In this document: piece after piece, positions 10,468 through 20,936 of the stretch
Position numbering within the stretch: position 1 is the first letter of the stretch
Layout of the letters: every line of letters begins with the position of its first letter
Source: an archaeon
GTDB taxonomy: Archaea > Nanobdellota > Nanobdellia > Woesearchaeales > GCA-2686295
Reading direction: 5' to 3'
Length of the DNA: 53,939 nucleotides
Assembly (NCBI GenBank): GCA_043817405.1
Contig: JBDRGV010000027.1
Location: forward strand, 1-53,939
Translations under genes and position numbers: made by a program
The notes under the pieces: generated by a model
What the model saw: only the letters and a program-made list of their open reading frames with translations
The model's database searches: none
Told to the model about the DNA's origin: nothing

Positions 10468-10872
10468 TTAAGCTTGGTACATGTCATCTTTATTCATAAT
10501 AAGTGGAAGCGGAACATCTATATTTATATCAATTTTTTCTGGAAGAAATGTTGATTTATAATTATTTTTCTCAGCGAGTTCATAGTATTCAAAAAGCAAA
10601 TTAACCAATTCAATTTTATTTTCAAGAGTGTATTTGTCTTCTTTTGTCACTAGTTCCCTAAATGCTTTTGCATAAGGAGTTTCAACTACATGTTCAAGTC
10701 CTCTTACTAGTGCACTCTCTGCACCCTCAAGATAGAATTTACTTTTTTGCTTTTCACCCTTGTTAAAATAATGCTCAGAAAGAGCCAGATTGCACTTACT
10801 ATAAAATACATAATAAGGAAGCTTCTCCTCTCTCCATGAATTAACTTTGTCCATGAGTTCTTTTAGATTCAT
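10468..10872 (-). CDS. hypothetical protein
   Basis: 134-aa helical ORF. Confidence 0.65.
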   Translation of the reverse strand: MNLKELMDKVNSWREEKLPYYVFYSKCNLALSEHYFNKGEKQKSKFYLEGAESALVRGLEHVVETPYAKAFRELVTKEDKYTLENKIELVNLLFEYYELAEKNNYKSTFLPEKIDINIDVPLPLIMNKDDMYQA

Positions 10873-10921
10873 ATTTGTAAGGTAATCAGTTGGTAAATAA
10901 AAAGGTTTGGCATAATTAACA

Positions 10922-11443
10922 TTATTGATGAGAAAATCCCAATCTCCACATCAAAGTATCTTTAGGAGTTTTCCATTCAAATCGCTTAGAAATATCATAT
11001 TTCTTAAGAAAGTAAAACATTCTTTTGTTTTCAGAATTAATATCTACAACCCAATCCTTTTTGTTCAAGAGTGCGAATTCAAAACTCTGTTCTAACAAGT
11101 TTTTAGCAACGCCAGTTCCCCAATATTCAGGATTAACTAATATTTTCTTCAATTGAACATAATCCAAGCTTTCTTGCAAACCAATATTTATTTTTTCATA
11201 AATAGTTGGATTTGCTAATTGCATGATTGTAGAAGATTGATAGCCAACAACATCATCATTAACAACTGATATCATTCCTAAACAAGTTCTTTTTCTATCA
11301 GGAAAACCATTTTGTTTATATTTCTCAAAATTTAATAGTTCTCTATCTGTTTCACCGCTATATGGCGGTCCTCCAAAAAAAGTCATTTCTCTAGAAGCCA
11401 ATTTCATACTTAAGTCTCTTACATCTTGACCTGAATATTTCAT
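10922..11443 (-). CDS. GNAT family acetyltransferase
   Basis: VNPEYWGTGVAKNLL acetyl-CoA motif; start set at MKYSG. Confidence 0.75.
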   Translation of the reverse strand: MKYSGQDVRDLSMKLASREMTFFGGPPYSGETDRELLNFEKYKQNGFPDRKRTCLGMISVVNDDVVGYQSSTIMQLANPTIYEKINIGLQESLDYVQLKKILVNPEYWGTGVAKNLLEQSFEFALLNKKDWVVDINSENKRMFYFLKKYDISKRFEWKTPKDTLMWRLGFSHQ

Positions 11444-11523
11444 AATAGTAGAAAGTTTATCTTTAATAAAAATGTTTAGTACAAACAAGCAATTTTAAAA
11501 AACAAGATGATTCTCTTACTGGT

Positions 11524-12777
11524 ATGACTAAAGTTTACATAAAGACTTATGGTTGTACTCATAATCATGCTGATTCTGAGTTTATGGCAGGTCAATTAAA
11601 GCAAGCAGACTATGAATTAGTTAATAATAAAGATGACGCAGATCTTATTATAATTAATACTTGCACTGTCAAGGATCCTTCTGAAAAAAAGTTTTTCTCA
11701 GAGCTTAAAAAAATAAAACAAAAAGTTATTGTTGCTGGTTGCATTCCTCAATCCGATAGAAAAAATCCTGTTCTTCAAAACCATTCTTTAATTGGTGTCA
11801 AGCAAATTCATAACATTGTTCAGGTTGTCAATGAAACAATGAAAGGAAACGTTGTTCATCTGTTGCAACATACAAAAGACTTGCCTTTGAATCTTCCAAG
11901 AGTTCGCAGGAATCCTTTAGTAGAAATAATTCCTATTTCTTCCGGTTGCATGGGCAACTGCAGTTTTTGCAAAACCAAACAAGCAAGAGGCGGAGTTCTT
12001 TCATTCAGCGAAGAATCAATCATCAAGCAAATAAGAGTTGGTTTGAATGAAGGTGCTAAAGAAGTTTGGTTAACTTCTGAAGATTCTGGCGCCTATGGCC
12101 TTGATATCAAAACAACTCTACCTGAACTCTTAAAAAAAATATTGGAGATTCCAAAAGACTTCAAGATAAGACTTGGTATGATAAATCCCGAGTATGTAAA
12201 GAGGTATAATGATGAGCTAATTGACATATTCAAAGATGAAAGAATGTTCAAATTCATTCACATTCCTGTGCAGTCTGGCAACAACAAGGTTTTGAAAGAT
12301 ATGAATAGACCCTACAATATTGAAGACTTTAAAGACTCCGTTAACAAACTAAGAAAAGGCATTCCCAGCATCACTATTTCAACGGATATAATCTGCGGTT
12401 TTCCGGAAGAGACCGATGAAGAATTCCAAGACACATTGAATCTTGTTAAGGAAATAAAGTTTCCAATAATTAATATTTCAAAGTTTTATCCGAGAGCAGG
12501 AACTAAAGCCCTTAGGTTAAAACCTTTGCCAACAAAAGTTAAGAAAGCTCGTTCTAAAGAATTAACGGATTTAAATCAAACATTGATTGATAACAAAGAA
12601 TGGCTTGGTTGGAAAGGTGAAGTTATTGTTGATCAAGAAGGCAAACAGGGCACTTTCTTAGGCAGAAATGATTATTATCGATTGGTTGTTTTGAAAGAAA
12701 AAAATGTTCTTGGCAAGAAAGTTAAAGTAAGAATTGTTAAGGTTCTAAGAGATTATTTTATAGGAGAGATTGTTTAG
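11524..12777 (+). CDS. tRNA methylthiotransferase, archaeal MiaB-like/MtaB (radical SAM)
   Basis: TYGC.HN..DSE, NTCTVK, CMGNCSFC and C-terminal TRAM domain. Confidence 0.93.
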   Translation: MTKVYIKTYGCTHNHADSEFMAGQLKQADYELVNNKDDADLIIINTCTVKDPSEKKFFSELKKIKQKVIVAGCIPQSDRKNPVLQNHSLIGVKQIHNIVQVVNETMKGNVVHLLQHTKDLPLNLPRVRRNPLVEIIPISSGCMGNCSFCKTKQARGGVLSFSEESIIKQIRVGLNEGAKEVWLTSEDSGAYGLDIKTTLPELLKKILEIPKDFKIRLGMINPEYVKRYNDELIDIFKDERMFKFIHIPVQSGNNKVLKDMNRPYNIEDFKDSVNKLRKGIPSITISTDIICGFPEETDEEFQDTLNLVKEIKFPIINISKFYPRAGTKALRLKPLPTKVKKARSKELTDLNQTLIDNKEWLGWKGEVIVDQEGKQGTFLGRNDYYRLVVLKEKNVLGKKVKVRIVKVLRDYFIGEIV

Positions 12778-13172
12778 TTTTCTTGATAAAAGGTTTTCAT
12801 ATCAACCATGCTTACGGCCGATAACTCACCTGTGTCTCTCATTACATTAATTATTTTTTTTGTCAAATCGTCAATCCTTATTTCAAGTTTTCTTCCAATG
12901 GTGTAAAAAACCGTTGATTCACTTCCATCCAATCCTGCCACTTTAGAAGCACCTCTTAGTCTGTATTTGCCATTAAGTGACATTAGTAAAAAATAGTTTA
13001 ATCCGTCTTCTTTCAACTCTTCTTTTTTCTTAAAAAGAAGTACTTTATCTGGCTGAGAATATTTAAGATTCATTGGAAAAACATCTTTTTTGTAGTACAT
13101 CAAAAGATTGTTCTCTCGAACAAAGTTTTCATTATCGCGAATACACCACTCTATTTTCAAATAATCATCCAT
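12774..13172 (-). CDS. hypothetical protein
   Basis: 132-aa ORF convergent with the MtaB-like gene. Confidence 0.6.
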   Translation of the reverse strand: MDDYLKIEWCIRDNENFVRENNLLMYYKKDVFPMNLKYSQPDKVLLFKKKEELKEDGLNYFLLMSLNGKYRLRGASKVAGLDGSESTVFYTIGRKLEIRIDDLTKKIINVMRDTGELSAVSMVDMKTFYQEN

Positions 13173-13232
13173 CCAGTGAAAAAATATTTTTTATTCTTTT
13201 TATATTTTCCGAATTAACGACCCAATTAAAAC

Positions 13233-13278
13233 ATCACACCTAATCATACTTCATCATACAAATCAAAAGATTTATATA
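13233..13278 (+). promoter_or_regulatory. Three phased ATCAYAC repeats followed by BRE/TATA
   Basis: ATCACAC/ATCATAC/ATCATAC at 13233, 13243 and 13253; TTTATATA at 13271. Confidence 0.55.
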
Positions 13279-13353
13279 TTTCGAATAATCTTTAATTTTT
13301 TATGAAATTCAGAAAAGAAGATTTTCTGAGTTCATAAAAACGAGGTTTTTTTT

Positions 13354-14190
13354 ATGAAAGAGAGGGTAACATTAACTTTGGAGAGAGACATTCTACAACA
13401 AATAGATGGAACCATAGATGGCAGCAGAACTAAAAACAGAAGTCATGCAATAGAAATGCTATTAAGAAGAGCCATGGGAGTTGATAGACCAACCAAAGCA
13501 TTCATTCTTGCGGGTGGAAAAGGAAAAAGATTAAAACTATTATCAAGAGATTTACCCAAACCATTAATGCAAATAAAAGGCAAATCAATCATCCAATATA
13601 ACATTGAATTAATGAAAAAGTTTGGCATCAAAGATATCATAATCGCAGTTGGTTATAAAGCAGATAAAATAAAAGCAGTATTGGGAGATGGAAAGAAGTT
13701 TGACGTAAACATTACCTACATCGAAGAAAAAACACCCCTAGGAACCGCAGGACCACTAAGACTGGCCAAACATCTTCTAAAAGAAACATTCATAATGTGC
13801 AACGCAGACGAATTAAAAGATGTAAATATTGATGACATGTTCGCATTCCACCACACAAACAAAGGATGCTGCACAATAGCATTAACAACCGTAAAAGATC
13901 CAAGTGCATATGGAGTCGCAGTATTGAACGGCAACAAAATAGTCACATTTGTTGAAAAACCACCAAAAGGAACCGAACCATCAAAATTAATAAACGCAGG
14001 ATTATACATGATGGACCCAACGGTCATCGACGTTATTCCTGAAGGATTCTCAATGCTGGAATCAGATGTATTTCCAAAACTAGCAACAAGCGAAGAACTA
14101 TGCGGATTCCCGTTCAGCGGACAATGGTTCGACACAGGCACTCCAGAAAGATTCAAACAAGCAGAAGAAAACTGGAGAGGATTTCTATAA
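13354..14190 (+). CDS. sugar-phosphate nucleotidyltransferase with N-terminal ribbon-helix-helix domain
   Basis: MKERVTLTL...NRSHAIEMLL (RHH) followed by ILAGGKGKRL...PKPL, LGTAG, FVEKP and WFDTGT. Confidence 0.9.
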   Translation: MKERVTLTLERDILQQIDGTIDGSRTKNRSHAIEMLLRRAMGVDRPTKAFILAGGKGKRLKLLSRDLPKPLMQIKGKSIIQYNIELMKKFGIKDIIIAVGYKADKIKAVLGDGKKFDVNITYIEEKTPLGTAGPLRLAKHLLKETFIMCNADELKDVNIDDMFAFHHTNKGCCTIALTTVKDPSAYGVAVLNGNKIVTFVEKPPKGTEPSKLINAGLYMMDPTVIDVIPEGFSMLESDVFPKLATSEELCGFPFSGQWFDTGTPERFKQAEENWRGFL

Positions 14191-14191
14191 G

Positions 14192-15529
14192 ATGGGCATA
14201 TTCAAAGCATATGATGTTCGCGGAAAGTATCCTGAAGAAATAAATGAAAAACTTGCTTACAATATTGGAAGAGCAATGGTTATACTTCTACAGGCAAAGA
14301 ATTTCTTAGTTTGCCAAGACGCAAGAGAAGGTTCTGACCTACTGGCAAAAGCTTTCTTAAAAGGAGTTACCGATCAAGGATCAAATACAACCTACAGTGG
14401 ACTTACAACAACTCCAATGTTCTACTATTTCAAAAAAAAGAAAGGTTTTGATGCAGGCGTAATGATAACTGCAAGTCATTTACCAGCAGGTTACAATGGT
14501 TTGAAAGCCATGAAGAAAGACGGATTCATGGGATACGATTCTGGCTACAAAGAAGTTGAAGAACTCATAGTTTCTGGAAAAATAAAAAAAATCCCCTTAG
14601 CAGAAGACAAAGGAACCGTAAAAGAAGAAAGTTATGAAAATGAATACATTGATTTTGTACTAGGAAATACAACTGGAAAACTGAAGGGACTAAAAGTTGT
14701 TGTTGATAGTAGCAATGGTATGACAGGTCCGATTATAAAAAAAATACTTGACAAAGCAGGCGTAGATTATATCGGACTTAACATGAATTACAATCTGGAA
14801 AATCCTGCCCATGATTTAAACCCATTAAACGAGAGTGCTAGAAAACAAGCTGTTGAAAAAATATTGGAAACAGGAGCTCAATTAGGAGCAGTGTTTGATG
14901 CTGATGGAGACAGAGTAATATTTTTGGATGAAAAAGGAACTTATTTGAGTGGAGATTATACAACCGCAATACTTGCAAAACACTTAGCAAAACCAGGAGA
15001 TGTTATAGTTCATGAAGTACTCTGTGGAAGAGCTTTTAGAGAAGCAATAGATGCCATGGGTTGCAAAAGAGTCATGTGCAGAGTTGGTCATTTATTCATA
15101 AAAGACAACATGTTAAAATACAATGCAAGACTCGGGGCTGAATTATCATCTCATTTATATTTCAGAGAAGCAGGAGGAGGAGAAAATTGTATCTTGGCAT
15201 TATTTCACATGATTGGAATACTAAACAAAGAAAAAAAACCACTATCAAAAATAATGATTCCTCTTCTGGCAAAGTGGATAAAAAGCGATGAACTCAACTA
15301 TGAAGTCGACTCAAACAATATAAAAGATGCAAAAATTGAAGAGATAAAAAAATCTTTTCAAGATGGAAAACAACATTATATGGACGGAGTAACCGTTGAA
15401 TATGATGATTCCTGGCTAAATGTTAGAAAAAGCAATACCGAACCAGTTCTAAGACTTAGAATTGAAGCCACAACTCAAAAAAGACTTGATGAATTACAAA
15501 AAAAAGTTGAAATGATTATAAAAAAATGA
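14192..15529 (+). CDS. phosphomannomutase/phosphoglucomutase
   Basis: FKAYDVRG, TASH, FDADGDR and RKSNTEP motifs. Confidence 0.95.
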   Translation: MGIFKAYDVRGKYPEEINEKLAYNIGRAMVILLQAKNFLVCQDAREGSDLLAKAFLKGVTDQGSNTTYSGLTTTPMFYYFKKKKGFDAGVMITASHLPAGYNGLKAMKKDGFMGYDSGYKEVEELIVSGKIKKIPLAEDKGTVKEESYENEYIDFVLGNTTGKLKGLKVVVDSSNGMTGPIIKKILDKAGVDYIGLNMNYNLENPAHDLNPLNESARKQAVEKILETGAQLGAVFDADGDRVIFLDEKGTYLSGDYTTAILAKHLAKPGDVIVHEVLCGRAFREAIDAMGCKRVMCRVGHLFIKDNMLKYNARLGAELSSHLYFREAGGGENCILALFHMIGILNKEKKPLSKIMIPLLAKWIKSDELNYEVDSNNIKDAKIEEIKKSFQDGKQHYMDGVTVEYDDSWLNVRKSNTEPVLRLRIEATTQKRLDELQKKVEMIIKK

Positions 15530-16308
15530 ATATTCAACTAGCAAAAAAAGTTGCAAAAGAATGTGTTCTTGAAGCAGGTGAACTGATAAAAAAATACAAG
15601 AATAATATAAAGAAAGTTTCTTTCAAAGATAAAAGTGACATCGTTACTGATGTTGATATTAAGTCAGAAAAGTTGATCATAGACAAAATTCAGAAAAATT
15701 TTCCAGAACACAATATATTATCTGAAGAAAGAGGATTAATCAAGAGAAATAAAAGTGAATATACTTGGATAATAGATCCAATTGATGGAACAATCAATTT
15801 TTATCATGATGCAGCCCCATTTAGAGTTGGTGTTTGTTTAACAAAAAATGATGTTCCAATAATAACTGCTTTATCCAATCCTGTAAAAAATCAGCTTTTC
15901 TTTGCAGAGAAAGGAAAAGGTGCAACTTTAAACCATAAGAAACTTTTAGTAAATGATAACTCTCATATCAAGTTTTCAGTCGTAATGACTCATCTATCAT
16001 CAAAGAAATCTGCTAGAATGAAAACCATAAGTGTTTTGGACAATATTTTTTGTCACTCTCTTCACATCAGATTATATGGAAGTGGACTTGCTTCATTAAG
16101 TTACATAGCCATGGGAGAATTCGATGTGTATTTCAATGTACAAACTTCTATATGGGATATATTGCCAGGATCACTACTTGTGACTGAAGCAGGTGGAACA
16201 GTAACTGATATTGAAGGAAACCCTCTAACTTTAAAATCAACTTCTATTCTGGCTACAAATGGTAAAGTTCACAAAACAATGCTTAAACTGTTAAAATCTA
16301 TTAACTAA
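15526..16308 (+). CDS. inositol monophosphatase family protein
   Basis: ILSEE, WIIDPIDGT and WD motifs. Confidence 0.92.
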   Translation: MNIQLAKKVAKECVLEAGELIKKYKNNIKKVSFKDKSDIVTDVDIKSEKLIIDKIQKNFPEHNILSEERGLIKRNKSEYTWIIDPIDGTINFYHDAAPFRVGVCLTKNDVPIITALSNPVKNQLFFAEKGKGATLNHKKLLVNDNSHIKFSVVMTHLSSKKSARMKTISVLDNIFCHSLHIRLYGSGLASLSYIAMGEFDVYFNVQTSIWDILPGSLLVTEAGGTVTDIEGNPLTLKSTSILATNGKVHKTMLKLLKSIN

Positions 16309-16422
16309 GCTAAATAATCATATCAAAACCTTTATAAACCATTAATTAATTCTTAGGATTGAAAGAGAAACAAGAGCCAAACTCATATCGAAGAACAAAT
16401 TCGGTATTCTCTAAAAAATAAA

Positions 16423-16767
16423 ATGGTTAAATTAAAGCCACTATTACCAACACTAAAAGAAAAAAAACGTTATGTTGTTTATGAAGTGTTGTGTGAAGAA
16501 GATCTGAAAGAGGACCTATCAAAGGAAATAGTTAAAAAGGTAACCTCAATCTTAGGTGTGTTTGACTCTGCAAAAGCAGGAGTTCAAAGCATAGAATACG
16601 ATAACAAACAGCACAAGGGGGTGTTGAGAGTGGCAGTGAAACAAGTTGATAAACTAAAGATGAGTTTAGCGTTAATCAATGCGCTTAATGATAAAGAATT
16701 AACCATTCGTACCATCGGTGCGAGCGGCATATTAAAGAAAGCCAGAAGTAAATATATGGCTAGCTAA
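16423..16767 (+). CDS. rnp2: RNase P protein Pop5/Rpp14
   Basis: PTLKEKKRY...SGILKKA; position upstream of psmA. Confidence 0.9.
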   Translation: MVKLKPLLPTLKEKKRYVVYEVLCEEDLKEDLSKEIVKKVTSILGVFDSAKAGVQSIEYDNKQHKGVLRVAVKQVDKLKMSLALINALNDKELTIRTIGASGILKKARSKYMAS

Positions 16768-16781
16768 GGAGGAAAAATACA

Positions 16782-17498
16782 ATGGAAGCAATTCAACATC
16801 AAATGATGGGATATGATAGAGCAATTACAATGTTCAGCCCAGACGGAAGACTTTTACAAGTCGAGTATGCAAAGAAAACAGTCAAACTAGGAAATACAGC
16901 CATTGGAATGGTTTGTTCTGACGGAACACTACTAGTGGCAGATAAAAGAATAGTTGATAAATTAGTTGTTTTGGAAGCTATTGAAAAAATATTTCAAATA
17001 GACGATCACATCATCGCAACAGCTTCAGGAATCATATCAGACGCAAGAGTTCTGGTTGAAAACGCACAGCTAAAAGCTCAACAACACAAAGTAACATATG
17101 ATTCTTCAGTGGACGTTCTAAGCATTGTTAAATCAATCTGTAACCTAAAACAAATGTGCACACAGTCAGGTGGCCTAAGACCATTCGGAGTTTCACTATT
17201 AATAGCTGGAATTGACAAAGACAAACCAGTCTTATTTGAAACAGATCCAACAGGCATCTACAACCAATATTTAGCAACCGCAATTGGTGAATGTGAAGTA
17301 GAAGTCAAAGAAATGCTTTACAAAGAATACAAAGAAACACTTACAATCGAAGAAGGATTAAAACTCTGCGTTAAAACATTGAAAAAAGTTTTGAATAACG
17401 ACTTCAAAGCAGAGAGAATAGATGCATCATTTGTAAGTACAAAAAGCAAAGTAATGGAAAAAGTTTCACCAGAACTTATTAAGAAAATATTGAAATAA
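16782..17498 (+). CDS. psmA: proteasome subunit alpha
   Basis: GYDRAITMFSPDGRLLQVEYA. Confidence 0.98.
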   Translation: MEAIQHQMMGYDRAITMFSPDGRLLQVEYAKKTVKLGNTAIGMVCSDGTLLVADKRIVDKLVVLEAIEKIFQIDDHIIATASGIISDARVLVENAQLKAQQHKVTYDSSVDVLSIVKSICNLKQMCTQSGGLRPFGVSLLIAGIDKDKPVLFETDPTGIYNQYLATAIGECEVEVKEMLYKEYKETLTIEEGLKLCVKTLKKVLNNDFKAERIDASFVSTKSKVMEKVSPELIKKILK

Positions 17499-17511
17499 AA
17501 AGAGGAGAAAA

Positions 17512-18237
17512 ATGGCAAAAGGACAACAATTATTTGATTACAAAAAAATCGATATAAACACTGCCAAGCTAAAAACGCATGGTCAAACGTTTGAAATAGT
17601 TGTGGATCCGGATCTAGCCATAAAATTCAAGCAGGGAGAAGAAGTGGATGTGAGAGAAGTATTACATGCAGAAGAAATATTTTCAGACGCAAACAAAGGA
17701 CTACACGCTCCTGAATCTGAAATAAAAAAAATCTTCGGAACAACCGACTCATTACAAGTAGCAAAGAAAATACTCACAGATGGAGAAATCCAATTGACCG
17801 CAGAGTACAGAGATAAAGTAAGAGCGGAAAAAAAGAAAAGAATAATTGATATAATCTATAAAAACGGTATAGATCCTAAAACTAAACTACCACATCCAAT
17901 ACAAAGACTGGAAAATGCTTTTAATGAAGCAAAAATCCACATCGATGAATTAAAAAGAGCAGAAGATCAGGTTACTGAAATAGTAAAAAGATTAATGCCT
18001 GTTCTGCCAATAAGATTTGCCAGAAAAGAAATACAATTAGTCGTACCAGCAGAGCACGCAGCAAGGCTGTACGGACATGTAACAAAATTTGGTGATATAA
18101 AAAAAGAACAATGGATGAATGACGGTTCTTGGTTCGCAGTAGTAGAAATACCTGCAGGACTCCAAAACGAATTCTTCGATGAATTAAACAAAGAAACACA
18201 TGGAAACATAGAAGCTAAGATTCTAGGAGAAAAATAG
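17512..18237 (+). CDS. ribosome maturation factor SBDS/Sdo1
   Basis: FEIVVDP, GEIQLTAEYR and DPKTKLPHP motifs; synteny. Confidence 0.96.
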   Translation: MAKGQQLFDYKKIDINTAKLKTHGQTFEIVVDPDLAIKFKQGEEVDVREVLHAEEIFSDANKGLHAPESEIKKIFGTTDSLQVAKKILTDGEIQLTAEYRDKVRAEKKKRIIDIIYKNGIDPKTKLPHPIQRLENAFNEAKIHIDELKRAEDQVTEIVKRLMPVLPIRFARKEIQLVVPAEHAARLYGHVTKFGDIKKEQWMNDGSWFAVVEIPAGLQNEFFDELNKETHGNIEAKILGEK

Positions 18238-18286
18238 AATCATTAGTTAAAAATAAAATTTACAAAAGTAAAAGGTGAAAAATACA

Positions 18287-19123
18287 ATGGGAAAACTATT
18301 AGTAAAAGATAAAGAAATCGTAACACCTGGAGAGGTAATTGCTGAAGGCATGGATTATTTACCAAGCTTCGGAACCTACAGGTTAGGCGATAAGATAATG
18401 GCAAACAGAGTGGGCCTATTATCGGTTGATGGAAAAGTCTTAAAAACTTTAAACATGGCAGGAAAATACTTGCCAAAACCTAACGACATAATCATCGGAC
18501 AAGTTTTTGATATTCTGATGAGTGGCTGGAGGCTAAAAATAAACAGCGCCTATTCAGCAGTATTAATGATGCAGGAAGCATCCTTTAATTTTATTCAAAA
18601 AGGAGCAGACCTGACAAGAATATATGACTTAGATGATTATATTATGACAAAGATAACAAAAGTCTCATCACAAAAATTAATTGATGTGACAATGAAAGGA
18701 CCAGGTCTAAGGAAACTTACGGATGGACGAGTAATTGAAGTAAACACTCACAAAGTTCCAAGAATAATTGGGAAACAAGGTTCAATGGTCTCAATGATAA
18801 AAGATGCCACCGGCTGCAGAATAAGCGTCGGTCAGAATGGATTAATCTGGATTCAAGGAGAACCAGAAAATGAATTGGTGGCCGTTAGAGCAATACAAAA
18901 AATTGCAGAAGAATCACACCACCCTGGTTTAACGGAAAGCATAAAAGCGTTTTTAGAAAAAAACAAGCTAAAAAATGTGCCTGTTGTAAAACACACAGAA
19001 GACAATTTTTCTGAAACAACAAGCGAAACAAAGTTTGAACCAAGAAAACAGGAAACTGTTAAAAAATTCGACAGGAAAAAGTACGACAAACCAAAAGCCA
19101 AAAACACAGGTGAATCAAAATGA
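18287..19123 (+). CDS. rrp4: exosome RNA-binding subunit Rrp4
   Basis: S1 + KH domains (KVPRIIGKQGSM, VGQNGLIW); GGTGA SD. Confidence 0.96.
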   Translation: MGKLLVKDKEIVTPGEVIAEGMDYLPSFGTYRLGDKIMANRVGLLSVDGKVLKTLNMAGKYLPKPNDIIIGQVFDILMSGWRLKINSAYSAVLMMQEASFNFIQKGADLTRIYDLDDYIMTKITKVSSQKLIDVTMKGPGLRKLTDGRVIEVNTHKVPRIIGKQGSMVSMIKDATGCRISVGQNGLIWIQGEPENELVAVRAIQKIAEESHHPGLTESIKAFLEKNKLKNVPVVKHTEDNFSETTSETKFEPRKQETVKKFDRKKYDKPKAKNTGESK

Positions 19124-19818
19124 GTTATAAAAAAAGACCGGACGGAAGAAAATTTAACGAAACAAGAAAAATTGAAGCCAAAGCCGGAGTAATAAAAAAT
19201 GCTGACGGATCAGGATATTTCAAAATTGGAAACACATCTGCATACGCAGCAGTATATGGTCCAAGAGAACATTTTCCAAGATCACAACAGGACCCAAAAC
19301 AAGGAGTTTTGAGATGCAACTATAACATGATGCCATTCTCAGGATCCGGAGAAAGAGTCAGACCAGGTCCCAGCAGAAGATCAAGAGAAATCTCAATGGT
19401 CACAACCTCTGCTTTGAAACCAGTGGTCGATTTATCAGACTATCCAAACGCAGTGGTTGATGTGTTCATCGAACTACCAGAAACAGATGCAGGAAGCAGA
19501 TGTGCAGGAATCTGCGCAGCTTCAATAGCACTAGCAGATGCAGGCATAAAAATGAGAGATGTGGTTGCAGCCGTATCAACTGGAAAAGTAGATGACAAAA
19601 TAGTTATAGACCTCGACTATGCAGAAGAAGCATACGAAGGCGGACATGTTGCAGACATTCCAATCGCAATGATTCCAAGCACAGGAGAAATAACTTTACT
19701 CCAAATGGACGGACACATAACAGCTAAAGAGTTGAAAGAAGCAATAAAAACAGTTAAGCAAAACTTGATTGAAATTGCTGAAATACAACGAAAAGCAATT
19801 AAAGACAGGTACAAGTGA
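19120..19818 (+). CDS. rrp41: exosome exonuclease Rrp41
   Basis: RPDGR, ADGSG, VYGPRE and LLQMDG motifs. Confidence 0.96.
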   Translation: MSYKKRPDGRKFNETRKIEAKAGVIKNADGSGYFKIGNTSAYAAVYGPREHFPRSQQDPKQGVLRCNYNMMPFSGSGERVRPGPSRRSREISMVTTSALKPVVDLSDYPNAVVDVFIELPETDAGSRCAGICAASIALADAGIKMRDVVAAVSTGKVDDKIVIDLDYAEEAYEGGHVADIPIAMIPSTGEITLLQMDGHITAKELKEAIKTVKQNLIEIAEIQRKAIKDRYK

Positions 19819-19828
19819 GGTACAAAAA

Positions 19829-20599
19829 ATGAATAAAGATATCAAAAAACACATTAACAAATCATTAAAACAAAACATCCGAATGGATGGACGAAAAAAT
19901 GATGAGTTCAGAAAGATAAAAATTGAAACAGGAATAATTGCTACTGCCGAAGGATCCGCAAGAGTAACCTGTGGAGACACAGAAGTAATTGCAGGAGTGA
20001 AAATGTCTCTTGGAACTCCTTACCCTGACAAACCAAACGAAGGAGTGTTAATGACAGGAGCAGAACTACATCCAATGTCAAACCCAACATTCGAAAGTGG
20101 ACCTCCAAAAGAGGGCGCAATCGAAGTTGCAAGAGTTATTGACCGTGGAATAAGAGAGTCAGGAACCATCGATACAAAAAAGCTATGCATAAAAGCAGGC
20201 GAAAAAGTGTGGATGATTTCACTTGACATTTCACCAATCAATATGGATGGAAACCTAATTGACATCGGTGCACTAGCAGGAATGGCAGCATTAAAAAATG
20301 CTTATTTCCCAGAGATGAAGGATGGAGTAGTTGATTACAAACATAAAAGTAAAAAATCACTACCAATATCTAAAACACCAATTGAAGTCACAATTTTGAA
20401 AATAGGCGAAAACTTTATAGTCGACCCTACATTCGAAGAAGAAGGAATGGCAGATGCTAGATTAACAGTAGCTGTTCTTGAAGACGACGGCCTGTGCGCA
20501 ATGCAAAAGGGCGGAGACTCACCTCTAAGTGAGGCTGAAGTTTCCCTAATGGTCGATTTAGCAATTAAGAAAAGCAAAGAGCTTAGAAAGCTCCTATAG
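19829..20599 (+). CDS. rrp42: exosome subunit Rrp42
   Basis: RMDGR, AEGSA, FESGPP, ARVIDRGIRES and AMQKGG motifs. Confidence 0.96.
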   Translation: MNKDIKKHINKSLKQNIRMDGRKNDEFRKIKIETGIIATAEGSARVTCGDTEVIAGVKMSLGTPYPDKPNEGVLMTGAELHPMSNPTFESGPPKEGAIEVARVIDRGIRESGTIDTKKLCIKAGEKVWMISLDISPINMDGNLIDIGALAGMAALKNAYFPEMKDGVVDYKHKSKKSLPISKTPIEVTILKIGENFIVDPTFEEEGMADARLTVAVLEDDGLCAMQKGGDSPLSEAEVSLMVDLAIKKSKELRKLL

Positions 20600-20608
20600 G
20601 TGATATAA

Positions 20609-20863
20609 ATGGTTGAAATTAGCCTTGAAGAAAATGAATTCACAAAGTATGAAATCGCTAGAATGATAGGTAGTCGATCGCTCCAAATCTCAATGGGCGC
20701 TCCATTCCTCATAAAAATGCCTCCTAAACTACTCGAAGAATTGAAATTCAACCCTGTTGAAATTGCTAAACTAGAGTTCAAAGAAGGCGTTCTTCCAATA
20801 ACTGTAAAAAGACTTTTACCACATGAAAGAACGTTAAGGAAGACAGAGGAACCTAAGAAATAA
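20609..20863 (+). CDS. rpoK: RNA polymerase subunit Rpo6/K
   Basis: TKYEIARMIGSRSLQISMGAP. Confidence 0.96.
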   Translation: MVEISLEENEFTKYEIARMIGSRSLQISMGAPFLIKMPPKLLEELKFNPVEIAKLEFKEGVLPITVKRLLPHERTLRKTEEPKK

Positions 20864-20936
20864 TGTCTTTTTTATTTCTTTTTTTTAACTTATTTTTTCG
20901 AAAACATTAAATAGTTCTTAATTCTTAGAAATTAGC

